The notes under the pieces were generated by a model that searched no databases, was not told the origin of the DNA, and saw only the letters and a list, made by a program, of their open reading frames with translations. A program made the translations under genes and the position numbers. 10,065 nt of DNA from a bacterium. GTDB taxonomy: Bacteria > SAR324 > NAC60-12. Position 1 is the first letter of the stretch. Each line of letters starts with the position of its first letter. Positions 1 through 8,259 of this stretch are shown in pieces. The stretch lies in NCBI GenBank assembly GCA_965233585.1, contig CBDDTI010000664.1, positions 1-10,065 of the forward strand, in the 5' to 3' direction.

Positions 1-360
1 CGTCCATTTCAAAGAATGCACGGGCCGCTTTTCAAAACTGCCCCTGCCACAGATCCAAAAACAGTGCACAATTGCGCCCACCATACGTTTATTTAAAAAG
101 TGCACGGGTTACTTTTCAAAATTATGCCTGCCACAGGTGCAAAAACAGTGCAGGGTTTTCTTGTGAACACTTGCGCCTAACCACAGGTCCATTTCAAAGA
201 GCGCAGGGGTTACTTTTGAAAAACTTCGCCTGCCACAGGTCCAAAAACAGTGCAAGGGTTTCTAGCGAACACTTGCGCCTACCTTACTTACCTCATTTAA
301 AAAATGTACGGCATGCTTTCAAAAATAAGCCTGCCACATGTGCAAAAACAGTGAAGGGGT
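1..360 (+). repeat. ~100-bp satellite-like tandem array (about 3.7 units, runs off the left edge), forward orientation
   Basis: CCTGCCAC at 43, 127, 229 and 330 (periods 84, 102, 101). Recurring blocks CATTT(C/A)AA..TGCACGGG..CTTTTCAAAA and CAAAAACAGTGCA.GGTTT..GAACACTTGCGCCTA. Confidence 0.93.
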
Positions 361-632
361 GAAAACCAAAATTGCCAAACTATTTGGACGAAATAATTTA
401 ATTAACACTTTGTTTGTTTTTTCAACTTCCATGGCGATCGAAATAAAGCTATAAAAAGGGTTGCGTCAAATCCAAAAGAAGCCGGTACAACCCCTGTCAA
501 TAAAGGAGTGGGGTTATGCAACCATTTTGTAGTGAAGAAACGGCTTGCATAGCTTCAAGCTCTACTACATGTATTTGCATTCATGTTCGAATTTCACGAC
601 TAAATGTAGGCTCCTGGTTCAGCTGAAGTACT

Positions 633-757
633 AAATTTTGATATGTTCTCAGAGCATCTTAAGACACCAACATGACTCGACCAAACACACTGTTTCATTT
701 TGTAGAGGTACTCAATTTTGTCTCATTTATTTGTGGCTGTTCTGTGAACTCTACTTT
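633..757 (-). mobile_element. Possible decayed chromodomain at the integrase C-terminus (chromovirus-like)
   Basis: KVEF (from 757), a frameshift, KIEYLYKMKQ (719-690, like EYLVKWKG) and LRCSENISKF (to 633, like LxCxELIxxF). It lies directly downstream of the VFNV motif, where chromovirus integrases carry this domain. Confidence 0.45.
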
Positions 758-814
758 GCAACAGCTACGAAGTGGTTTCTGTGATTTTGAAAAATTTTTT
801 TGACATCTCTACTT

Positions 815-1960
815 AATGGTTTTACACATAAACCAACATTAAACACCTTTTTGCTAAATGCAGATTATATGATTCTCTATTAAATGGTGCCTATGAATTG
901 TATACTAAATTATTGGTTCACTTTGCGGGACCTAGGTCATAGCATGTGGTAGATGTAATTTTAAATCCAAAAGACATGCAAGGCAGCAATTCAAATAAAT
1001 TCGAGTCCAGCCTTCATAATTTTTTGAGTGTCTTTGCCGAAACCTTAGCCTTGCATGCCGCCTGCTTCAAGCCAGTCTTGACTGGTGCCGTTTCTTCTTT
1101 CAGGCCGCGGATCTCTTCATGGAAAATCTGTCAGCAGAGTCTGAGAAGCCCTGCGGCTCTGTGATATCAATCAAAGCTATCTTCAAATCCGAACCTGACC
1201 TTCCAAAACAAAACACCTGACACCACCCGCTGGGCAAAATAAAAATGACATGGAGGTGATGTTAGAATGGCATTGCAAGCCCGCACAGTTTGTTTTTTGA
1301 CAAAAAGCATCCGCCATGAACACTAGCTGTACCTTCACACAGCGTCTCTTTCAGAGTTACGCGCAGTAGATAGCCTTTGCAAAAGAGCCCCGTATACAAA
1401 GTGCATGGCTATTCGGATTGTCTTTACAAATCAGGCCTTGCTCTCTTCTTACTTCCGCCTTAAAGGCCAATTTCACTCATGCAATCTCGAAGGAACCCAA
1501 AATTATAACCATACATTGACAAAAGCTCAGCAACATTCCAAACTGCATGGAGCAGAAGTGCCCGCACCAGAGACCCCCAATTAACCCCCCAAAACGATCA
1601 GAGTTTTGGTCTTGCTTTCTTGGGCCTCCCCAATAGTTTTCCAACAACAGGACAGCATTGTACAAAAGAAGTAAATAAATATCCAGTGCGGGATAAATCA
1701 AACACCTGTTACAGACACTTAAAATCATTACTGTTACAATCGCCATCATTCAAAAAAGCATTCTCCATGACTGCTCTGGTGATTGTGAGAAGAATCAAAA
1801 ACTGAGGCAGCTTCTAACTCTGGACGACTTTTGGGACAATCAGATAATTCTGCCAGCAGGTTTATCTGACAGGAACTGGCCCAATGGCTCGTGGCAGTAT
1901 TCTTCCATTATGTTGACCATTCTTGTTTGTTGAGCGGCGGGCCCGGCTTGTCTGCGAAAT
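815..1960 (-). mobile_element. pol: Decayed Ty3/Gypsy integrase (zinc-binding region, rve core, GPY/F region); fossil 1, triplication copy 1
   Basis: Minus-strand motifs occur in canonical order. IMEEYCHEPLGQFLSDKPAGRI (1911-1846) and VRSCLSF (1818-1798) resemble the HHCC region. SPEQSWRMLF (1782-1753), MILSVCNR and LLENYWGGPRK..NSDRFGGLIGGLW (SDR at 1602-1594) resemble the core. Then EEIRGLKEETAPVKTGLKQAACKAKVSAK (from 1118), LGPAK (935-921, like GPY/F), NRESYNLHL (881-855) and VFNVGLCVKP (846-817, like VFHVSLLKP). Many stops and frameshifts. By-eye match only. Confidence 0.7.
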
Positions 1961-2017
1961 AATTGCTTAGTTCTCATGTCGTCAAACTTCGGATTTCTTG
2001 TTGGTATTTGCCTTGAA

Positions 2018-2290
2018 CAGTTTTGAAAATACACCCCTGCACTCTTTAAAATGGGCGCGTGGCAGGCGCAGGTGTTCACAAGAACCCCCTGCAATGTTTT
2101 TGGAGATGTCCCCGGCGCAGTGTTTGAAAAGAAGCCAGAGGCGTGAAAGGCGCAAAGTGTTCGCAAGAAACCTTTGCACTGTTTTTGCGCTGTGGTAGAT
2201 GCAGTTTTGAGAAGCAGCCCGTCCACTTTTACAATGGACGTGGGATAGTGATAGGCGCAAGTGGTCACAAGAAACTTCTGCGCTTTTGGA
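2018..2290 (-). repeat. Same ~100-bp repeat family, about 2.7 units, inverted relative to 1-360 (triplication copy 1)
   Basis: The reverse complement reads TTTCTTGTGACCACTTGCGCCTA, GCAAAAACAGTGCAAAGGTTTCTTGCGAACACTTTGCGCCT and TTCTTGTGAACACCTGCGCCTGCCAC, matching the units at 1-360. Confidence 0.9.
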
Positions 2291-2299
2291 AAAAATATG

Positions 2300-2561
2300 C
2301 AACTTCACGATCGGTGTTGCCAAGTAGCTTTCATTCAGGTCACGAAAAATGTTTGCTCGGAATTGGTATTCTAATTTTTTATGCTTCCAAGAAATGGCAC
2401 GAATATTGCAGTACAATAATGAATACACCGTTCTTGAATTGCCGAACGGCTGACCACTGTCTTCTTCGTTAAAATGAAATATTTTGATTCTTCCCTTTTT
2501 TCAAAAACTGAAAGCATTTTGCACACAGGCGCCTGCGTAAATGTTGCGAAAATTGACACAG
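2300..2561 (-). mobile_element. pol: Decayed Gypsy RNase H C-terminal half (fossil 1); also at ~4113-4376 and ~5927-6186
   Basis: Best read in copy 3 (ORF 5932..6210): LCQFSQHL..FEKKGRIKIFHF..FGNSRTVYS..RAISWKHEKLEYQF resembles the consensus pattern (A)FxSRxL..EKELLAIVFAL..LGxxFTVYTDH..RxARWxxxLxEYxF. It lies upstream of the integrase on the same strand. Confidence 0.55.
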
Positions 2562-2570
2562 TCTCAGAAA

Positions 2571-2674
2571 ACGTGTTGGGCGCATATTATCAGGAGAAAC
2601 CCCGCACTTTTTGAAATGGACCGTGGCAGGCGAACTGTTTGAGAAGCATTCTCTGCATTCCTTTAAATGGATGC
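2571..2674 (-). repeat. Single ~100-bp repeat unit truncated by the triplication junction
   Basis: Matches 6196-6299, the first unit of the large array. GTGGCAGG at 2623. The sequence switches to integrase-fossil DNA at ATGC 2671-2674. Confidence 0.88.
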
Positions 2675-3772
2675 AGATTATATGATTTTCTATTAAATGG
2701 TGCCTACGAATTTTATACTAAATTATTGGTTCATTTTGCGGGACCTAGGTCATAGCATGTGGTAGATGCAATGTTAAATCCAAAAGACATGCAAGGCAGC
2801 AATTCAAATAAATTCGAGTCCAGCCTTCATAATTTTTTGAGTGTCTTTGCCGAAACCTTAGCCTTGCATGCCGCCTGCTTCAAGCCAGTGTTGACTGGTG
2901 CCCTTTCTTCTTTCAGGCCGCGGATCTCTTCATGGAAAATCTGTCAGCAGAGTCTGAGAAGCCCTGCGGCTCTGTGATATCAATCAAACCTATCTTCAAA
3001 TCCGAACCTGACCTTCCAAAACAAAACACCTGACACCACCCGCTGGGCAAAATAAAAATGACATGGAGGTGATGTTAGAATGGCATTGCAAGCCCGCACA
3101 GTTTGTTTTTTGACAAAGAGCATCCGCCATGAACACTAGCTGTACCTTCACACAGCGTCTCTTTCAGAGTTACGCGCAGTAGATAGCCTTTGCAAAAAAG
3201 AGCCCCGTATACAAAGTGCATGGCTATTGAGATTGTCTTTACAAATCAGGCCCTGCTCTCTTCTTACTTCCGCCTTAAAGGCCAATTTCACTCATACAAT
3301 CTCGAAGGAACCCAAAATTATAACCATACATTGACAAAAGCTCAGCAACATTCCAAACTGCATGGAGCAGAAGTGCCCGCACCAGAGACCCCCAATTTTA
3401 ACCCCCAAAACGATCAGAGTTTTGGTCTTGCTTTCTTGGACCTCCCCAATAGTTTTCCAACAACAGGACAGCCTTGTACAAAAGAAGTAAACATCCAGTA
3501 CGGGATAAATCGGACACCTGTTACAGACACTTAAAATCATTACTGTTACAATCGCCATCATTCAAAAAAGCATTCTCCATGACTGCTCTGGTGATTGTGA
3601 GAAGAATCAAAAACTGAGGCAGCTTCTAACTCTGGACGACTTTTGGGACAATCAGATAATTCTGCCAGCAGGTTTATCTGACAGGAACTGGCCCAATGGC
3701 TCGTGGCAGTATTCTTCCATTATGTTGACCATTCTTGTTTGTTGAGCGGCGGGCCCGGCTTGTCTGCGAAAT
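2671..3772 (-). mobile_element. pol: Decayed Gypsy integrase, copy 2 (C-terminally truncated at the junction)
   Basis: Duplicate of 858-1960. Confidence 0.68.
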
Positions 3773-3829
3773 AATTGCTTAGTTCTCATGTCGTCACACT
3801 TCGGATTTCTTGTTGGTATTTGCCTTGAA

Positions 3830-4103
3830 CAATTTTGAAAATACACCCCTACACTCTTTAAAATAGGCGCGTGGCAGGCGCAGGTGTTCACAAGAACCCC
3901 CTGCAATGTTTTTGGAGATGTCCCCGGCGCAGTGTTTGAAAAGAAGCCAGAGGCGTGAAAGGCGCAAAGTGTTCGCAAGAAACCTTTGCACTGTTTTTGC
4001 GCTGTGGTAGATGCAGTTTTGAGAAGCAGCCCGTCCACTTTTTACAATGGACGTGGGATAGTAATAGGCGCAAGTGGTCACAAGAAACTTTTGCGCTTTT
4101 GGA
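3830..4103 (-). repeat. ~100-bp repeat array, copy 2 of 2018-2290
   Basis: Near-identical to 2018-2290 at offset ~1812. Confidence 0.9.
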
Positions 4104-4385
4104 AAAAATATGCAACTTCACGATCGGTGTTGCCAAGTAGCTTTCAGGTCACGAAAAATGTTTTCTCGGAATTGGTATTCTAATTTTTAATGCTTCCAAG
4201 AAATGGCACGAATATTGCAGTACAATAATGAATACACCGTTCTTGAATTGCCGAACGGCTGACCACTGTCTTCTTCGTTAAAATGAAATATTTTGATTCA
4301 TTCTTCCCTTTTTTTCAAAAAACTGAAAGCATTTTGCACACAGGCGCCTACGTAAATGTTGCGAAAATTGGCACAGTCTCAGAAA

Positions 4386-4489
4386 ACGTGGTGGGCGCAT
4401 ATTATCAGGAGAAACTCCGCACTTTTTGAAATGGACCGTGGCAGGCGAACTGTTTGAGAAGCATTCTCTGCATTCCTTTAAATGGATGC
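4386..4489 (-). repeat. Single ~100-bp repeat unit truncated by the triplication junction
   Basis: Matches 2571-2674 and 6196-6299. Confidence 0.88.
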
Positions 4490-5586
4490 AGATTATATGA
4501 TTCTCTATTAAATGGTGCCTACGAATTTTATACTAAATTATTGGTTCACTTTGCGGGACCTAGGTCATAGCATGTGGTAGATGCAATGTTAAATCCAAAA
4601 GACATGCAAGGCAGCAATTCAAATAAATTCGAGTCCAGCCTTCATAATTTTTTGAGTGTCTTTGCCGAAACCTTAGCCTTGCATGCCGCCTGCTTCAAGC
4701 CAGTCTTGACTGGTGCCCTTTCTTCTTTCAGGCCGCGGATCTCTTCATGGAAAATCTGTCAGTAGAGTCTGAGAAGCCCTGCGGCGCTGTGAGATCAATC
4801 AAAGCTATCTTCAAATCCGAACCTGACCTTCCAAAACAAAACACCTGACACCACCCGCTGGGCAAAATAAAAATGACATGGAGGTGATGTTAGAATGGCA
4901 TTGCAAGCCCGCACAGTTTGTTTTTTGACAAAAAGCATCCGCCATGAACACTAGCTGTACCTTCACACAGCGTCTCTTTCAAAGTTACGCGCAGTAGATA
5001 GCCTTTGCAAAAGGGCCCCGTATACAGAGTGCATGGCTATTCAGATTGTCTTTACAAATCAGGCCTTGCTCTCTTCTTACTTCCGCCTTAAAGGCCAATT
5101 TCACTCATGCAATCTCGAAGGAACCCAAAATTATAACCATACATTGACAAAAGCTCAGCAACATTCCAAACTGCATGGAGCAGAAGTGCCCGCACCAGAG
5201 ACCCCCAATTTTAACCCCCCAAAACGATCAGAGTTTTGGTCTTGCTTTCTTAGGCCTCCCCAATAGTTTTCCAACAACAGGACAGCATTGTACAAAAGAA
5301 GTAAACATCCAGTGCGGGATAAATCGGACACCTGTTACAGACACTTAAAATCATTACTGTTACAATCGCCATCATTCAAAAAAGCATTCTCCATGACTGC
5401 TCTGGTGATTGTGAGAAGAATCAAAAACTGAGGCAGCTTCTAACTCTGGACGACTTTTGGGACAATCAGATAATTCTGCCAGCAGGTTTATCTGACAGGA
5501 ACTTGCCCAATGGCTCGTGGCAGTATTCTTCCATTATGTTGACCATTCTTGTTTGTTGAGCGGCGGGCCCGGCTTGTCTGCGAAAT
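4486..5586 (-). mobile_element. pol: Decayed Gypsy integrase, copy 3 (C-terminally truncated at the junction)
   Basis: Duplicate of 858-1960. Confidence 0.68.
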
Positions 5587-5643
5587 AATTGCTTAGTTCT
5601 CATGTCGTCACACTTCGGATTTCTTGTTGGTATTTGCCTTGAA

Positions 5644-5917
5644 CAGTTTTGAAAATACACCCCTGCACTCTTTAAAATGGGCGCGTGGCAGGCGCAGGTG
5701 TTCACAAGAACCCCCTGCAATATTTTTGGAGATGTCCCCGGCGCAGTGTTTGAAAAGAAGCCAGAGGCGTGAAAGGTGCAAAGTGTTCGCAAGAAACCTT
5801 TGCACTGTTTTTGCGCTGTGGTAGATGCAGTTTTGAGAAGCAGCCCGTCCACTTTTTACAATGGACGTGGGATAGTGATAGGCGCAAGTGGTCACAAGAA
5901 ACTTCTGCGCTTTTGGA
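5644..5917 (-). repeat. ~100-bp repeat array, copy 3 of 2018-2290
   Basis: Near-identical to 2018-2290 at offset ~3626. Confidence 0.9.
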
Positions 5918-6195
5918 AAAAATATGCAACTTCAGGATCGGTGTTGCCAAGTAGCCTTCAGGTCACGAAAAATGTTTGCTCGGAATTGGTATTCTAATTT
6001 TTCATGCTTCCAAGAAATGGCACGAATATTGCAGTACAATAATGAATACACCGTTCTTGAATTACCGAACGGCTGACCACTGTCTTCTTCGTTAAAATGA
6101 AATATTTTGATTCTTCCCTTTTTTTCAAAAAACTGAAAGCATTTTGCACACAGGCGCCTGCGTAAATGTTGCGAAAATTGGCACAGTCTCAGAAA

Positions 6196-6650
6196 ACGTG
6201 GTGGGCGCATATTATCAGGAGAAACCCCGCACTTTTTGAACTGGACCGTGGCAGGCGAACTGTTTGAGAAGCATTCTCTGCATTCCTTTAAATGGATGCG
6301 TGGTGGGCGCCAAAGAGTTCACAAGAAACCCTCTTTTCGGTTCTGTGGCAGGCACAATTTTGAAAAGCAACCCCTGCAGTATTTGAAAGGGACGTGTGTA
6401 GGCGCAAGTGTTCAACAGAAACCCCTGCATTCTTTGTGCACCTGTGGCAGGCATATTTTTGAAAAGCAACCCATGCATTTTTTTAAATGGACGTAAGGTA
6501 GACACAAGTGTTCAGGAAAAACTACTGCACCTGTTTTAAACTTGTGGCAGGCGCAGTGTTCGTAGAGCAACCCATGCTTTTTGAACTGAACCTTTGGCTG
6601 GCGCATGCACCTGTGTCAGGCGCAGTGTCTGACAAAAACAGCCCGTGGGT
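6196..6650 (-). repeat. ~100-bp satellite-like array, about 4.5 units, inverted relative to 1-360
   Basis: GTGGCAGG at 6248, 6345, 6444 and 6544 (periods 97, 99, 100). The reverse complement of 6399-6493 aligns to 86-179 at roughly 80% identity by eye. Confidence 0.93.
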
Positions 6651-6676
6651 TGAAGTCGTTACCTTGGAGTTTCAAT

Positions 6677-6722
6677 TTTGGGCGTGGCAGGCCTTGAATT
6701 CTTCATGTTTGGGCGTGGCAGG
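6677..6722. repeat. Perfect 15-bp direct repeat TTTGGGCGTGGCAGG x2 (period 31)
   Basis: Copies at 6677-6691 and 6708-6722; both contain the GTGGCAGG satellite core. Confidence 0.85.
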
Positions 6723-7174
6723 TGTGCAAACCTGACAGTCAAAACTTTACATCGGAATCTTAAAAAAAACGACGTGCAGCATTACAAATTGCCCGATCGG
6801 CAGTCGAGAAGATCTCGCGCAAATGAGTAAAATCAAAAAACCAACCTTTCTTGATCAAAATTTTCTGATGTTAAACCGAAGTATGAAATCAATCTGGCGG
6901 CAGCCTACTTGGAACCAGATTTATTCAGTTGGAGCTCGCACAGATTTTGTTGGATAAAACACCCTTTTTGGGCAAAAGGAAAGGCAGCAGTTCAGGGACG
7001 TGTTTGCTAAGGGACATGTTTTTTAAACTGACAATTTTTGCTTAGTGACAAGTTTTACTTGAAGAGCACAACTTCCCAGGCAAAAAGTTTACAACCGCAG
7101 CAACCCCAAAATCCCATGTTAACCTGCAGTCGACAAGGGCCTGCCAGCCTTAGCCTGAATCCTCCTGGGCCGTG

Positions 7175-7290
7175 CCACCTGTTAGTGTGGCCAGCTCTGG
7201 CACCCGTTAGTGTGGCCTGCTTTTGCACCCGTTAGTACGGCCAGTTCTATTACTCGTTAGTGTGGCCATCTCTGGCACATGTTAGTGTGA
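7175..7290. repeat. 25-bp minisatellite, about 4.6 units, consensus GCACCCGTTAGTGTGGCCAGCTCTG
   Basis: GTTAGT at 7181, 7206, 7231, 7256 and 7281: an exact 25-bp period with no indels. Confidence 0.95.
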
Positions 7291-8259
7291 AGCCGCAGTT
7301 GGCTTGAACACCAGGCAGCCAAGTCAATGAAATGTTTCGTGTGATTCAATTGATTTATGAAAAACTTTCGGCCAATGATACAGAGACTCAGATCATGCAC
7401 CGTCCTATCAAACCAAAGGAGGCCAACCAAATACATGGTTTATTCTTTCTAGGCTGCCCCAAGATTGATTTTGTTGCATAAAATTTCTTTATAACTAATA
7501 TAACTTACCACCAAAAAAATATCTCATTCCTTATGTTGCCTGCGACAGAATCATTTGTGCTTTTACTCTGACACACCCTACTCGTTTCTTTGAAAGCTTT
7601 TCTTTTCTGTTTAAGTGCTGGATTGCCGGGATTTTCAATATACAGACCTAAGCTCCCATTGGCCTTTTTTTCCGGTCAAAGTATTTACAAACCTAACTTT
7701 TTTATGAACTATTGGGTTCTTGCTGTGAAAAACCCAACTTCTTTGTGGGTTTTTGTAGGGTGACAAAATTCTCAACGGCATTTTGAATTCATCGCGCTTA
7801 TGCTTTTTTGTGCTTAGGATAGTGCAAGGGTCGGGAGCCCAACAATCAGCCAGGAAAAGTTGAGTTGGAACATGTGTGTCAAGCTATATCCGACCCGTTT
7901 CAAAACTGGATCAAGGAGTCATGGGGCATTATTATTGTCCACCAGTTAAAAGATTGAGTTTTCGTTGTTCATATGTAACTGGTAAAAGCACTGTGACAAT
8001 CAGCTTCTGCAGCGCGCTGCTTTGCAGGTTGGCACCCACTACGCAATGATTCTACCAATAGTATGCAGTGTTCCTGCCTATGTTTTTCTGCCATTTTCGC
8101 GTGCAAACCTTGGTGGAAGGAAGACATATTCATATTTCCGTGTAATTTTTGAAGGTTGATCCATTACTTGGACATGGGTTAGTCGATGCTCACAAAGAAA
8201 AAGGATGTTCTATCAAACTATGTCTTTCCTTCTTAACCGCAATTTGCCCTGCAACAAAA

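Larger units (their letters stand above)
858..6299. repeat. Direct tandem triplication of a ~1.81-kb unit (copies 858-2670, 2671-4485, 4486-6295, plus terminal ATGC 6296-6299)
   Basis: ATGCAGATTATATGATT begins at 858, 2671 and 4486. ...CATTCCTTTAAATGGATGC ends at 2674, 4489 and 6299. Unit lengths are 1813, 1815 and 1810 bp. The ORF track repeats at the same period (946/2759/4574; 1840/3652/5466). Manual comparison gives roughly 15-22 private differences per copy. Confidence 0.98.

Noticed and set aside
1..360. CRISPR-like array (also considered for 6196-6650 and 7175-7290)
   Set aside because: The intervening sequences are homologous to each other rather than unique spacers, the repeats are degenerate, and there is no cas gene.
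72..362. Repeat-protein ORF (also 1982..2428, 6215..6505, 6412..6606)
   Set aside because: These are translations of the ~100-bp DNA repeat; unit lengths are not kept at multiples of three and frames differ between copies.
486..500. Polypurine tract and 3' LTR start for fossil 1 (minus-strand AGGGGT-TGTA)
   Set aside because: The position is plausible but the tract is too short and there is no second LTR to confirm it.
946..1164. Conserved 72-aa plus-strand ORF present three times
   Set aside because: Conservation reflects the recent triplication. It is antisense to the integrase fossil and copy 3 has a premature stop.
858..2674. Triplicated unit as a Helitron tandem array or LTR-bounded element
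   Set aside because: No 5'-TC/3'-CTRR or TG..CA ends at the junctions; breakpoints cut through pre-existing features.
858..6295. RIP-like CpA>TpA mutation signature between copies
   Set aside because: About half of the C>T/G>A changes are in CA/TG context, but CA/TG is very common here and transversions and indels are frequent; no convincing enrichment by eye.
6740..7020. Further pol remnants (minus LRFNIRKF*SRKVGFL like RT end; plus QQFRDVF)
   Set aside because: Isolated weak motifs on opposite strands with no ordered series; left unassigned.
7123..7133. CTGCAGTCGAC resembling a PstI-SalI polylinker
   Set aside because: Only two overlapping sites and no other vector sequence; chance.
7728..8020. 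Hairpin AAAAACCCA..TGGGTTTTT (7728-7754) and palindrome GCAGCGCGCTGC (8009-8020)
   Set aside because: Short and isolated with no associated gene or element end; could arise by chance in 10 kb.
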